Positions 10,241-20,064 of a DNA stretch of 64,000 bases are shown here, one piece after another. Within the stretch, counting starts at the first letter, position 1. Every line of letters begins with the position of its first letter. The stretch is from Alphaproteobacteria bacterium (GTDB lineage Bacteria > Pseudomonadota > Alphaproteobacteria > Bin95), in assembly GCA_964291285.2 (NCBI GenBank), contig OZ219787.1, forward strand, positions 224,001-288,000, read 5' to 3'. The notes under the pieces are model-generated. The model was given only the letters and a program-made list of their open reading frames with translations. It searched no databases and had not been told where the DNA came from. A program made the position numbers and the translations under genes.

Positions 10241-10816
10241 CTACAGGGTGAAGTCCGTGAACGCCACCGCTTCGGTCTCGTTATCGAGCACGGCGAAGCT
10301 GAGGCGCCGGCCGTTGGCGTGGTCGCGGGCATCACCGGCCGAGCCCGGATTGACGACCAGCACCCCGCCGACGCGCCGGGCCACCTGCATGTGGGTGTGG
10401 CCGTAGAGCACGAAGCGCGCATCCGCCTCGCCGAACCGGCGGAACTCGCGGCTGTGCGGATAGACATAGGCGCCGTAAGGGTCCCAGGCGGTCGAATGGA
10501 CCATCAGCAGCGTCTTGCCGCCATAGTCGAGCCGCCTCGTGCGCGGCTGGCTGCCGAGCCACGCCATGAGGTCCGTGTCGATCCATTCCGCCTGCCGCGC
10601 GCGCTCGCCGCCGGCGCCGAAGAACACTTCCTCATGATTGCCGAGAATCGTCTTTGCGCCCCGGTCGCGCAGGAATGCGGCGACCTCGTTGGAGAAGCGG
10701 TATTCATAGATGGAATCGCCGAGGCAGAGCAGGTCGTCCACATGGCCCATGAGGGCGACGGCCTTTTCGAGGCCGGCGATATTGCAGTGCAGGTCCGAGA
10801 CGATGCCGAGCCTCAC
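10241..10816 (-). CDS. metallophosphoesterase (YfcE-like)
   Basis: Motifs SDLH, LGD, GNHE, GHTH and NPGS. Confidence 0.9.
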   Translation of the reverse strand: MRLGIVSDLHCNIAGLEKAVALMGHVDDLLCLGDSIYEYRFSNEVAAFLRDRGAKTILGNHEEVFFGAGGERARQAEWIDTDLMAWLGSQPRTRRLDYGGKTLLMVHSTAWDPYGAYVYPHSREFRRFGEADARFVLYGHTHMQVARRVGGVLVVNPGSAGDARDHANGRRLSFAVLDNETEAVAFTDFTL

Positions 10817-11937
10817 GGCGTTTCCAGCCCCAGGCCGTAGGTTGCGGGGTCCAGCCGCTCGAAGATTTCCCGGCTCAGGATTCCGGCAACCGGTTCGACC
10901 GACCGCTCGGCCTCCGCGAACAGGCTGCGGTATTTGTCGTGCAGCCGGCGGAAGACGGCCGCGAGCGCGCCCACTCCTTCGGCTTCGGAGCGCAGTTCCA
11001 CCGTTTCCGGCCCGACGTCGAACCCGGCCGCTTGGCGCACCAGGGCCGGATGGGCGCGGCTGAAGGCGATGCCGGCGTCCTCCATCGCCTCGCGCGCCTT
11101 TTCGTCGGCGGCCCGGTAGGCAAGCGCGGCGGCGGCAAGGCCCGGCGGCGCGGCTTCCAGCAGTACGGCCCGTTCCTCCCGCGTCAGCATCCGCCAGAAC
11201 CCCAGATTCGCGGTAAACGGACTTGCGACACGGTGGACGCCCAGATGCATGGCCGTAACCGCCCGCACCTGGCGCGCAAGGGCGGGTTCGGCAAGCAGCG
11301 CGACGGGGCCCAGCACCGCGTCGATATCTCCCTTTTTCATGGCCGCCGCCAGACGTCCGTCAACCTCTTCCGGCCGGCCGTCGAGGCGCTTCAGCAGGTC
11401 GTCCCAGGGCAGTCCCGGGCTGGCGATGCGCGCGCCTTTCAGCGTGTCCGCCCGCGCCAGCGGCAGGGGAGAAAGCAGATGGAACGGGCCGGCCGCGTGG
11501 CTGCCGAGAAACACGATCCCGCGCTCCGCCAGGGACTTCAGACATGCCGGGCAATGCAGCATGACGAACTCGGTCATCGCGGCAGCGCCGGCCATAGGGT
11601 CGGGTCCGGCCAGCGCTAGGCGGCCGAGGGTCACCCTGTGCGGCAGGCCGGCGGGATGGGCCGTGAGCGTCGCATAGCCCATCTGCGCGTCGCCATGCGC
11701 AAGGCCGTCCACTACGCGCTTCCGGCCGAGGAGCGAGCCGTCCACGAACAGCTGGAATGCGAAGCGCCGGCCCTGCTCCGCCGCCTCGGCGAAGCGGCGC
11801 CAGCCCGAGGCTGCAACCGGATGGGCCGCCGGCAGCGGCAGGTTGACCGAGATGATGCGCTGGCCTGCCGCCGGACCCGGAATCGACATCGCGGCCAGCA
11901 GCAGGCAACCGGCAAGAACGGGTCCGGCCCGTTTCAC
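10813..11937 (-). CDS. TRAP transporter substrate-binding protein (DctP-like)
   Basis: Signal peptide; FVDGSLLG...DGLAHGDAQMG and TLKGARIASPG patterns. Confidence 0.65.
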   Translation of the reverse strand: MKRAGPVLAGCLLLAAMSIPGPAAGQRIISVNLPLPAAHPVAASGWRRFAEAAEQGRRFAFQLFVDGSLLGRKRVVDGLAHGDAQMGYATLTAHPAGLPHRVTLGRLALAGPDPMAGAAAMTEFVMLHCPACLKSLAERGIVFLGSHAAGPFHLLSPLPLARADTLKGARIASPGLPWDDLLKRLDGRPEEVDGRLAAAMKKGDIDAVLGPVALLAEPALARQVRAVTAMHLGVHRVASPFTANLGFWRMLTREERAVLLEAAPPGLAAAALAYRAADEKAREAMEDAGIAFSRAHPALVRQAAGFDVGPETVELRSEAEGVGALAAVFRRLHDKYRSLFAEAERSVEPVAGILSREIFERLDPATYGLGLETP

Positions 11938-14702
11938 GGGCGCTCTGCCGCGGTCCCTTCCCCGGCCGGCACAACCCGGGCGGCGCAGAACTTGAACTCC
12001 GGGATCTTGCCCCAGGGGTCCAGCTGCGGGTTGGTGAGCTCATTTGCTGCCGCCTCGACATAGGCGAACGGCGCAAAGACAAGGCCCGCCGGCACCGCGC
12101 CGTCCATGCGCGCGGTGAGCTCGATGGCGCCTCGGCGCGTCTCGACGCGCACCCGGTCGCCCGGCGCAAGGCCAAGCGCGCGCAGGTCCACCGGCGCGAG
12201 GCTCGCGGTTGCCTCCGGCTCAATGGCGTCCAGCATGCTCGCGCGCCGCGTCATGGCGCCGGTGTGCCAGTGCTCCAATTGCCTGCCCGTCGTCAGCACC
12301 ATCGGGAACTCCGCATCGGGCTCCTCGGCGGGCGGCACGATGTCGGCCGGCACGAACCGCGCCCGGCCGTCGCCGGTCGGGAAGCGGTCGGCGAACACCA
12401 CCGGATGGCCCGGATGGTCCGGCCCATCGGACGGGTAGGTCACCGCGCTTTCGGCCTCCAGGCGCTCCCAGCCGATATGGTCCAGCGACGGCATCAGTCC
12501 CGCCATTTCGGCATAGACGTCGCGCGGATGGTCGTAGTTCCAGTCGAGGCCCATGCGCCGGGCGATGTCCTGGATGATCCGCCAGTCCTCGCGCGCCCCG
12601 CCCGGCGGCTCGAACGCCTTGCGCCCGCGCTGCACCTGGCGGTTGGTGTTGGTCACCGTCCCGTCCTTCTCCGGCCAGGCCGAGGCCGGCAGCACGACAT
12701 CGGCGAACATCGCCGTCTCGGTCAGGAACAGGTCCTGCACCACGAGGTGGTCGAGCTTCGCCAGCGCCTCGCGGGCGTGGGCCGCGTCGGGGTCCGACAT
12801 CGCCGGGTTCTCGCCCATGATGTACATGGCGCGCACGCCGCCCTCGTGGATCGCATCGACGATCTCGACCACGGTCAGGCCCGGCTCCGGGTCGAGCTCC
12901 ACGCCCCACGCCGCCTCGAAGCGCGCCCGGGCCTCCGGCTCGGCGACGCGCCGGTAGTCGGGATACATCATCGGTATGAGGCCGGCGTCGGAGGCGCCCT
13001 GCACGTTGTTCTGGCCGCGCAGCGGATGCAGCCCGGTGCCCGGCCGTCCGACATGGCCGCACATCAGCGCCAGCGCGATCAGGCAGCGGGCATTGTCCGT
13101 GCCGTGGACATGCTGCGAGACGCCCATGCCCCAGAAGATCATCGCGCGCCCGGCCCGCGCATAGACCCGCGCGACCTCCTTCAGCATGTCGGCGTCGATG
13201 CCGCAGAGCGGGGCCATCCGTTCCGGCGGGAAGGCGGCGAGATGGTCCTTCAGCGCCTCGAAGTCCGCCGTGTGCGCGGCGACATACTGCCGGTCGTAAA
13301 GCTCCTCGGCGACGATGGTGTGCATGATCGCGTTCAGCATCGCCACGTCGCGGCCGGGGCGGAATTGCAGCATGTGCGTCGCGTGGCGTTTCAACGCCTG
13401 GCCGCGCGGGTCCATGACGATCAGCGCCGCGCCGCGCTTCGCCGCCTGCTTGAAATAGGTGGCGGCGACGGGGTGGTTCTCGGTCGGGTTGGCGCCGATC
13501 ACGATCAGCGCATCGGCGTTGCGGGCCTCGTTGAAGGTGGCGGTGACGGCGCCGGAGCCGATGCCTTCCAGCAGCGCCGCCACCGAGGAGGCGTGGCAGA
13601 GGCGCGTGCAGTGGTCCACATTGTTGGAGCCGAAACCGGTGCGCACCAGCTTCTGGAAGAGATAAGCCTCCTCGTTCGACCCCTTGGCGGAGCCGAAACC
13701 GGCGAGCGCGCGGCGGCCGTGCGCCTCTTTCGCGGCCAGCAGCCCGGCGGCCGCCCTGTCCAGCGCCTCCTCCCAGTCCGCCTCGCGGAAATGGGTCAGC
13801 GGCCGGGCGGGGTCCACATTCATGCCCTTGGGCGTGTCCTCGCGGCGGATCAGAGGGCGCGTCAGCCGCTCCGGGTGGGAGATGTAGTCGAAGCCGAACC
13901 GGCCCTTGACGCAGAGCCTCTGCTCGTTTGCCGGGCCGTCGCGGCCCTCGACCGAAACGAGTCGGTCGCCGCTTATCGAGTAGGTGATCTGGCAGCCGAC
14001 GCCGCAATAGGGGCAGACGCTGTCCACCCGGCGGTCCGGTGGCGGCGCGCCGAGGGCCGTCTTCGGCATCAGCGCGCCCGTCGGGCAGGCCTGCACGCAC
14101 TCGCCGCAGGCCACGCAGGTCGAACCGCCCATCGGGTCGTCGAAATCGAAGACGATCTGCGTTTCCGCGCCGCGCCCGGCCATACCGATGACATCGTTGA
14201 CCTGCACCTCCCGGCAGGCTCGCACGCAGAGATTGCAATGGATGCAGGCATCGAGATTGACCGCCATAGCCGGATGGCTTGCATCCTCCGGCGGCGCCTC
14301 GCGCGCGGGCAGGCGGCCGGCTTCGAGCCCGGCATCGGCAATCCAGCGGCCGAAGCGCGAAGCGGGGTCGTGGGCCTCGGCCGGCTGGTCCGCCAGCAGC
14401 AGTTCCAGCACCATGCGCCGGGCGCGTTCCGGCCGGTCGCCGGCGCTGTTCACGATCATGCCCGCCTCGGGATGGCGCAGGCAGGACGGCGCAAGCGCCC
14501 GTTCGCCTTCGATCTCGATCATGCAGGCGCGGCAATTGCCGTCGGCGCGGTAGCCGGGTTCCGGCGCGTAGCAGAGATGCGGCAGCACCGTGCCCAGACG
14601 CGCGGCCGCCTGCCAGATGGTCTCGCCCGGCAGTGCAAACACCTCGCGGCCGTCCAGTGTGAAGGAGACTTGCTCGGCGGTCGTGTCGGGCTTTTCGGTC
14701 AT
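11934..14702 (-). CDS. fdhF: formate dehydrogenase alpha subunit (Mo/W-bisPGD, Cys form)
   Basis: N-terminal 2Fe-2S and 4Fe-4S motifs, CPYCGVGC, DHCTRLCHASS, PLRGQNNVQG. Confidence 0.93.
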   Translation of the reverse strand: MTEKPDTTAEQVSFTLDGREVFALPGETIWQAAARLGTVLPHLCYAPEPGYRADGNCRACMIEIEGERALAPSCLRHPEAGMIVNSAGDRPERARRMVLELLLADQPAEAHDPASRFGRWIADAGLEAGRLPAREAPPEDASHPAMAVNLDACIHCNLCVRACREVQVNDVIGMAGRGAETQIVFDFDDPMGGSTCVACGECVQACPTGALMPKTALGAPPPDRRVDSVCPYCGVGCQITYSISGDRLVSVEGRDGPANEQRLCVKGRFGFDYISHPERLTRPLIRREDTPKGMNVDPARPLTHFREADWEEALDRAAAGLLAAKEAHGRRALAGFGSAKGSNEEAYLFQKLVRTGFGSNNVDHCTRLCHASSVAALLEGIGSGAVTATFNEARNADALIVIGANPTENHPVAATYFKQAAKRGAALIVMDPRGQALKRHATHMLQFRPGRDVAMLNAIMHTIVAEELYDRQYVAAHTADFEALKDHLAAFPPERMAPLCGIDADMLKEVARVYARAGRAMIFWGMGVSQHVHGTDNARCLIALALMCGHVGRPGTGLHPLRGQNNVQGASDAGLIPMMYPDYRRVAEPEARARFEAAWGVELDPEPGLTVVEIVDAIHEGGVRAMYIMGENPAMSDPDAAHAREALAKLDHLVVQDLFLTETAMFADVVLPASAWPEKDGTVTNTNRQVQRGRKAFEPPGGAREDWRIIQDIARRMGLDWNYDHPRDVYAEMAGLMPSLDHIGWERLEAESAVTYPSDGPDHPGHPVVFADRFPTGDGRARFVPADIVPPAEEPDAEFPMVLTTGRQLEHWHTGAMTRRASMLDAIEPEATASLAPVDLRALGLAPGDRVRVETRRGAIELTARMDGAVPAGLVFAPFAYVEAAANELTNPQLDPWGKIPEFKFCAARVVPAGEGTAAERP

Positions 14703-14710
14703 GGGCGGCG

Positions 14711-14739
14711 CTTGCACTCCCTCTCCCGCCTCCCATATA
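14711..14739 (+). promoter_or_regulatory. RpoH (sigma32)-type promoter of the hsp20 gene
   Basis: CTTG-N17-CCCATATA matches the alphaproteobacterial RpoH consensus, upstream of a small heat shock gene. Confidence 0.7.
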
Positions 14740-14814
14740 CCAATGCCGCCGGACGCTGCAATGCCCGGGTCCGGCAGATGCGCGTCTCGCTTGGTATTGA
14801 GGGGAAGCAGCGTC

Positions 14815-15231
14815 ATGTCGCGAATGCCCGTTTTCAACAGCCCGCTGCTGTTGGGGTTCGACCGTCTGGAGCAGATGCTCGATTCCGTGTCGAAGGCGTC
14901 GGCCGACGGCTACCCGCCCTACAATATCGAGCAGACGGGCGCCGACAGGCTGCGCATTTCACTGGCGGTAGCGGGCTTCGCGCGCGAGGACCTCTCGATC
15001 TCGGTCGAGGATCGGCAGTTGATCGTGCGCGGCCGCCAGAGCGAGGAAGCCGAGGGGCGCGTCTTCCTTCACCGGGGCATCGCGGCGCGCCAGTTCCAGC
15101 GCCGGTTCGTGCTGGCCGAGGGCATCGAGGTGCAGAAAGCGCATACAGAAAACGGGCTTCTGCATATCGACCTCGTGCGTCCGGAGCCGGAGGTCCGCAG
15201 CCGCAGCATCGAGATCGACGCCGGCCCGTAG
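14815..15231 (+). CDS. Hsp20/IbpA family small heat shock protein
   Basis: Motifs GYPPYNIE, FLHRGIAARQFQRRF and NGLLHIDL. Confidence 0.93.
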   Translation: MSRMPVFNSPLLLGFDRLEQMLDSVSKASADGYPPYNIEQTGADRLRISLAVAGFAREDLSISVEDRQLIVRGRQSEEAEGRVFLHRGIAARQFQRRFVLAEGIEVQKAHTENGLLHIDLVRPEPEVRSRSIEIDAGP

Positions 15232-15236
15232 GCCCG

Positions 15237-16895
15237 TCAGCGCTGTGCGGTCCGCCAGTCGGGCGCGGTGTAGAAGGGGGCGCCGGAGGACGGCAGGGGT
15301 GGCCGGCCGCGGATCATATCCGCCGCCTTCTCGGCAATCATGATGGTCGGCGCGTTGAGATTGCCGGTCGTGATCGCCGGCATGACCGAGCTGTCCACGA
15401 CCCGCAGGCCGTCCATGCCGCGAACCCGCAGTTCCGGATCGACGACCGCCATGTCGTCCGCGCCCATCCGGCAGGTGCCGCAGGGATGGTAGGCGCTCTG
15501 GACGGTCTCGCGGACAAAGGCGTCGATCTCCCCATCGCTCCGCACCGCCTGTCCCGGCGCGAGCTCCCGCCCCCGGTAAGGATCGAAGGCCGTCTGGGCG
15601 AAGAGTTCCCGCGTGAGGCGCACGCAGGCGCGCATCTCGGTCCAGTCGTCAGGGTGGCTCATATAGTTGAACCGCACACGCGGCGGCTCCAGCGGGTCGG
15701 CGGACGCCAGCCGGACTTCGCCGCGCGATTTCGAGCGCATCGGGCCGACATGGGCCTGATAGCCGTGGCAGCGGACCCGGTCGCTCATGTCGTAGGAGGC
15801 CGCAAGCGGCAGGAAGTGGTACTGGATGTCCGGCCAGCGCACGCCCGCGCGCGAGCGGATGAAGCCGCCCGCCTCGAAATGGTTGGTCGCGCCGAGACCG
15901 GACCGGAACAGCATCCAGCGGGCGCCGATCAGGGCCTTCTGCAGGAGGCCGGTTGCGGAATGGAGCGAGATGGGCTGCGTGCATTCCTGCTGGACATAAA
16001 GTTCCAGATGGTCCTGGAGGTTGCGGCCGACGCCGGGCAGGTCGCAGACGGTCTCGATGCCGTGCCCGGAGAGATGCGCGGCCGGGCCGATGCCCGACAG
16101 CATAAGGAGCTGCGGCGCGTTGATGGGCCCGCCGCTCAGAACGACCTCGCGCCGCGCCCGCGCGGTGCGGACCGCGCCGCCCTGCCGGTATTCGACGCCT
16201 GTGGCGCGTCGCCCGTCCAGCAGGATGCGGGTTGCGTGCGCGCCGGTCTCCACGGCGAGGCCGGACCTGCCGGTGGCGGGCCTGAGATACGCGTTGGCAG
16301 TGCTCCAGCGCCGGCCCCGGTGGACGGTCATGTCCATCGGCCCGAAGCCTTCCTGCCGGTAGCCGTTCATGTCGGCCGCGCGCGCGTAGCCGGCCTGCTT
16401 GCCCGCCTCGATGAAGGCAGCGTAGAGCGGGTTCGCCATCCGCCCGCGCGAGGTGTTGAGCGGACCGGAATCACCGCGCCAGTCGTCGCCGCCTCCGTTG
16501 CACGTCTCGGCCCTGCGGAAGTAGGGCAGCACCTCGGCCCAGGACCAGCCGGGTGCGCCGCCTTCCGCCCAGCCGTCATAATCGAGCGCGTTGCCGCGCA
16601 CATAGGCCATGCCGTTGACGGAGGACGAGCCGCCGAGCACCCGCCCGCGCGGACAGTGGAGGCGCCGCCCGCCGAGATGCGGCTCGGGCTCGGTCCGGTA
16701 GTGCCAGCCATAGCGCCTGTGGCCCATGGCGATGGCGAGCGCGGACGGCATCTGCAGGAAGATGCTGCGGTCGCTGCCGCCGGCCTCCAGCAGCAGGACC
16801 GTTGCCTTGCCGTCCTCGGTCAGCCGGTTGGCGAGCACGCATCCCGCGGACCCGGCACCGACCACGACGTAATCGAAGATCCGGCTTTCGCTCAT
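15237..16895 (-). CDS. betA: choline dehydrogenase
   Basis: GMC motifs GAGSAG and GGSSSVNGMAYVRG, NHFEAGGFIRS; divergent from choXWV. Confidence 0.93.
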   Translation of the reverse strand: MSESRIFDYVVVGAGSAGCVLANRLTEDGKATVLLLEAGGSDRSIFLQMPSALAIAMGHRRYGWHYRTEPEPHLGGRRLHCPRGRVLGGSSSVNGMAYVRGNALDYDGWAEGGAPGWSWAEVLPYFRRAETCNGGGDDWRGDSGPLNTSRGRMANPLYAAFIEAGKQAGYARAADMNGYRQEGFGPMDMTVHRGRRWSTANAYLRPATGRSGLAVETGAHATRILLDGRRATGVEYRQGGAVRTARARREVVLSGGPINAPQLLMLSGIGPAAHLSGHGIETVCDLPGVGRNLQDHLELYVQQECTQPISLHSATGLLQKALIGARWMLFRSGLGATNHFEAGGFIRSRAGVRWPDIQYHFLPLAASYDMSDRVRCHGYQAHVGPMRSKSRGEVRLASADPLEPPRVRFNYMSHPDDWTEMRACVRLTRELFAQTAFDPYRGRELAPGQAVRSDGEIDAFVRETVQSAYHPCGTCRMGADDMAVVDPELRVRGMDGLRVVDSSVMPAITTGNLNAPTIMIAEKAADMIRGRPPLPSSGAPFYTAPDWRTAQR

Positions 16896-16998
16896 CCCTG
16901 CATCCCGCCGCTTCCATCCTTGCAGCGCGACTATGGTAGCCGTACCATGGTCCGCCTTGCAGACGGGGGGGTGCAGGCGGAAACCGGAGCGGGAGGAC

Positions 16999-17958
16999 AT
17001 GACCATGACAGGGCGCATGCGACTGGCGGCGATCGGGATTGTTTCGGCCTTGACGGTGTCTTCCGCCGGCTGGGCGGCCGATCCGGACTCCTGCAAGGAG
17101 GTCCGCTTCTCGGATGTCGGGTGGACCGACATCACCTCCACCATCGCCGCCACCTCGGTCGTGCTGACGGGCCTCGGCTACGAACCGAGCGCGACTGTGC
17201 TCTCCGTGCCGGTCACCTATACCAGCCTCAAGAACGGCGATATCGACGTCTTCCTCGGCAACTGGATGCCGACCATGGAGGCCGACATCGCGCCCTATCG
17301 CGAGGACGGGTCGGTCGAAACCCTGGGCATGAACCTCACCGGCGCGAAATACACGCTCGCCGTCAACAAGGCGGCGGCCGACGGCGGCATCGGGAACTTC
17401 GGCGACATCGCCGGGCACCGCGACATGCTCGACGGCAAGATCTACGGCATCGAGCCCGGCAATGACGGCAACCGGCTGATCCAGAGCATGATCGACGAGA
17501 ACGCCTTCGGCCTGAAGGGCTTCGAGGTGGTCGAGTCCAGCGAGCAGGGCATGCTGGCCCAGGTTGCCCGCGCCAACCGGAAGGGCGAATGGATCGTCTT
17601 CCTCGGCTGGGAGCCGCACCCGATGAACGCCAATTTCGAGCTCACATATCTCGATGGCGGCGATGACTGGTTCGGCCCGAATTTCGGCGGCGCGGAGGTG
17701 TTCACCAATGTCCGGCGCGGCTACGCACAGGAATGCCCCAATGTGGGCAGGCTGCTGGCGAACCTGAAATTCACGCTGGCGATGGAAAACGAGATCATGA
17801 CGGCGATCCTCGACGAGGACAGGAAGGAAGAGCCGGACAAGGCGGCGACGGCATGGCTCAAGGCGAATCCCGGCATGCTGGACGGCTGGCTCGACGGCGT
17901 GACGACCATGGACGGCGGCGACGGCATGGCGGCCGTCAAGGCGCATCTCGGCCTCTAG
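16999..17958 (+). CDS. choX: choline ABC transporter substrate-binding protein
   Basis: Motifs VRFSDVGWTDI, FLGNWMP, GIEPGNDGN and GWEPHPMN. Confidence 0.92.
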   Translation: MTMTGRMRLAAIGIVSALTVSSAGWAADPDSCKEVRFSDVGWTDITSTIAATSVVLTGLGYEPSATVLSVPVTYTSLKNGDIDVFLGNWMPTMEADIAPYREDGSVETLGMNLTGAKYTLAVNKAAADGGIGNFGDIAGHRDMLDGKIYGIEPGNDGNRLIQSMIDENAFGLKGFEVVESSEQGMLAQVARANRKGEWIVFLGWEPHPMNANFELTYLDGGDDWFGPNFGGAEVFTNVRRGYAQECPNVGRLLANLKFTLAMENEIMTAILDEDRKEEPDKAATAWLKANPGMLDGWLDGVTTMDGGDGMAAVKAHLGL

Positions 17959-18001
17959 CATCGCGCCCGCCCGCGCAGGCGGGGACGCCGCGGGGTAGAT
18001 C

Positions 18002-18850
18002 TTGGACTGGCTGACGGACCATAAGATCCCGCTCGGCAAGTGGATCGCGTCCTTCGTGGACCTGCTGCTCGACCATGCGGCGTGGTTTTTCGACTACCTG
18101 TCCGAGGTGCTGAAGTTCCTGATCGAGGGACTGACCGACCTCGCGCTGGCGCTCCCGCCGCTCCTCCTCGTGGCGGGCATTGCCGCACTCGCCTTCTGGC
18201 TGCACCGGTCCTGGAAGCTCGTCGCCGCCGTAGTGTTGACGCTGCTGCTGGTCGTCAATCTCGGCTACTGGGAGACGACGGTCCAGACGCTGGTGCTGAT
18301 CCTGTTCTCGACGGCGATCTGCATTGCCGCCGGCGTGCCCGTCGGCATTGCGGCCGCACACCGGCCCTGGCTCTACAACGCCATCCGGCCGGTGCTCGAC
18401 CTGATGCAAACCATCCCGACCTTCGTCTATCTGATCCCGACCATGATCATGTTCGGGCTCGGCGTGGTGCCGGGCCTGATCTCGACGGTGATATTCGCCA
18501 TCCCGGCCCCGATCCGGCTGACCCATCTGGGGATTTCCAGCGTGCCCCGGCCGCTGGTCGAAGCGGGTGAGGCCTTCGGTGCGACCCGCCGCCAGCTGCT
18601 CTGGAAGGTGGAATTGCCGCATGCCATGCCGACCATCATGGCGGGCGTGACCCAGTGCATCATGTTGAGCCTTTCCATGGTCGTGATCGCGGCGATGGTG
18701 GGTGCGCCGGGGCTCGGCGTGCCAGTGCTGCGCGCGCTCAACACGGTCAACATCGCCAAGGGCTTCGAGGCCGGGCTCGCCATCGTCATCGTCGCCATCC
18801 TGCTCGACCGGATATGCAAGCAGCCCGGCGGCGGCAGGGACCGGGGCTGA
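18002..18850 (+). CDS. choW: choline ABC transporter permease
   Basis: MDWLTDHKIPLG start, LDLMQTIPTFVYLIP, EAA loop. Confidence 0.92.
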   Translation: MDWLTDHKIPLGKWIASFVDLLLDHAAWFFDYLSEVLKFLIEGLTDLALALPPLLLVAGIAALAFWLHRSWKLVAAVVLTLLLVVNLGYWETTVQTLVLILFSTAICIAAGVPVGIAAAHRPWLYNAIRPVLDLMQTIPTFVYLIPTMIMFGLGVVPGLISTVIFAIPAPIRLTHLGISSVPRPLVEAGEAFGATRRQLLWKVELPHAMPTIMAGVTQCIMLSLSMVVIAAMVGAPGLGVPVLRALNTVNIAKGFEAGLAIVIVAILLDRICKQPGGGRDRG

Positions 18851-18853
18851 GCC

Positions 18854-20047
18854 ATCCGCACGATCGAACTCAAGGACGTGGACATCCTGTTCGGTGGCGA
18901 TACTCGCGCCGCGCTGGACCTGCTCGACCAGGGCGCGGACCGCCAGGAAATCCACGACGCCACCGGCGCGGTGGTGGGCGTGGCCGGTGCATCGCTCGCC
19001 GTCCGCCGGGGCGAAATCTGCGTGCTGATGGGCCTTTCCGGCTCAGGCAAATCGACCCTCTTGCGCGCCGTCAACGGCCTCTGCCCGGTGACGCGCGGGC
19101 AGGTGCTGGTGCAGGACGGCGAGGCCGCGCTCGACATCGCCGGCTGCGATGCGGCCACGCTCCGGCGGATGCGCATGGAGCGCATCGCGATGGTGTTCCA
19201 GCAATTCGCGCTGCTGCCCTGGCGCACCGTGCAGGAGAATGTGAGCTTCGGGCTGGAACTGCGCGGCATGAACCGCGCCGAACGCGACGCTGTCGTGGCG
19301 GAGAAGCTGAAGCTGGTCGATCTGGACCGCTGGCGGGACCGGTTCGTGCATGAGCTTTCCGGCGGGATGCAGCAGCGCGTCGGCCTCGCCCGCGCGCTTG
19401 CGACCGATTCCGACATCCTGCTGATGGACGAGCCCTTCTCCGCCCTCGATCCGCTGATCCGCGAGCATCTGCAGGACGAGCTGCTCGACCTCCAGCGCCG
19501 CCTCGGCAAGACGATCCTCTTTGTCAGCCACGACCTCAACGAGGCACTCAAGCTCGGCCGGCATATCGCCATCATGGAGGCGGGCCGGATCGTCCAGTTC
19601 GGCGAGCCGGAGGAGATCGTGCTGAATCCGGCGAATGCCTATGTGGCCGAGTTCATCGCGCACATGGACGCGCTCAACGTGCTGCGCTGCCGCTCGCTGA
19701 TGACGCCCGTTGCGGATATCAGGCGCGAGGGCGGGGTGCTGCTGCTCGACTGGTCCGGGCGCAACCGCCTCGCGCTGGACGCTGACGGCAAACCGGTGGA
19801 GGCGACGGTCGAGCCCGGCCCCGCCAACCTCCGGCGCTACGACCCGGAGATGGACCTGGCCGCACTCGCCGCCGGCGATATCTGCACGGCACCGACCGAC
19901 CTCCGCATGCGCACGGCCATCGAGATCCGGCACCGCACCGGCCGGCCGGTGCTGATGGTGGAGGACGGCCGCCTCATCGGCGTCATCGGCGACGAGGAAA
20001 TCTACCGCGGCCTCCTGAGCCAGCGCAGCTCTTCCGCCGGGAGCTGA
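18854..20047 (+). CDS. choV: choline ABC transporter ATP-binding protein (start codon uncertain: ATC 18854 or GTG 18878)
   Basis: Motifs GLSGSGKS, LSGGMQQRV and LLMDEPFSALD. Confidence 0.9.
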   Translation: MRTIELKDVDILFGGDTRAALDLLDQGADRQEIHDATGAVVGVAGASLAVRRGEICVLMGLSGSGKSTLLRAVNGLCPVTRGQVLVQDGEAALDIAGCDAATLRRMRMERIAMVFQQFALLPWRTVQENVSFGLELRGMNRAERDAVVAEKLKLVDLDRWRDRFVHELSGGMQQRVGLARALATDSDILLMDEPFSALDPLIREHLQDELLDLQRRLGKTILFVSHDLNEALKLGRHIAIMEAGRIVQFGEPEEIVLNPANAYVAEFIAHMDALNVLRCRSLMTPVADIRREGGVLLLDWSGRNRLALDADGKPVEATVEPGPANLRRYDPEMDLAALAAGDICTAPTDLRMRTAIEIRHRTGRPVLMVEDGRLIGVIGDEEIYRGLLSQRSSSAGS

Positions 20048-20064
20048 AGGAAGCGGCTGCCGCG

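Noticed and set aside
13590-13625. Selenocysteine in formate dehydrogenase
   Set aside because: The active site reads CTRLCH with Cys codons and there is no in-frame TGA.
12264-17465. 1733-aa plus-strand ORF and other long alternative ORFs (e.g. 44406-47432, 34801-36915, 39410-41737)
   Set aside because: Antisense or off-frame shadows of well-supported genes in very GC-rich DNA, with no recognisable motifs.
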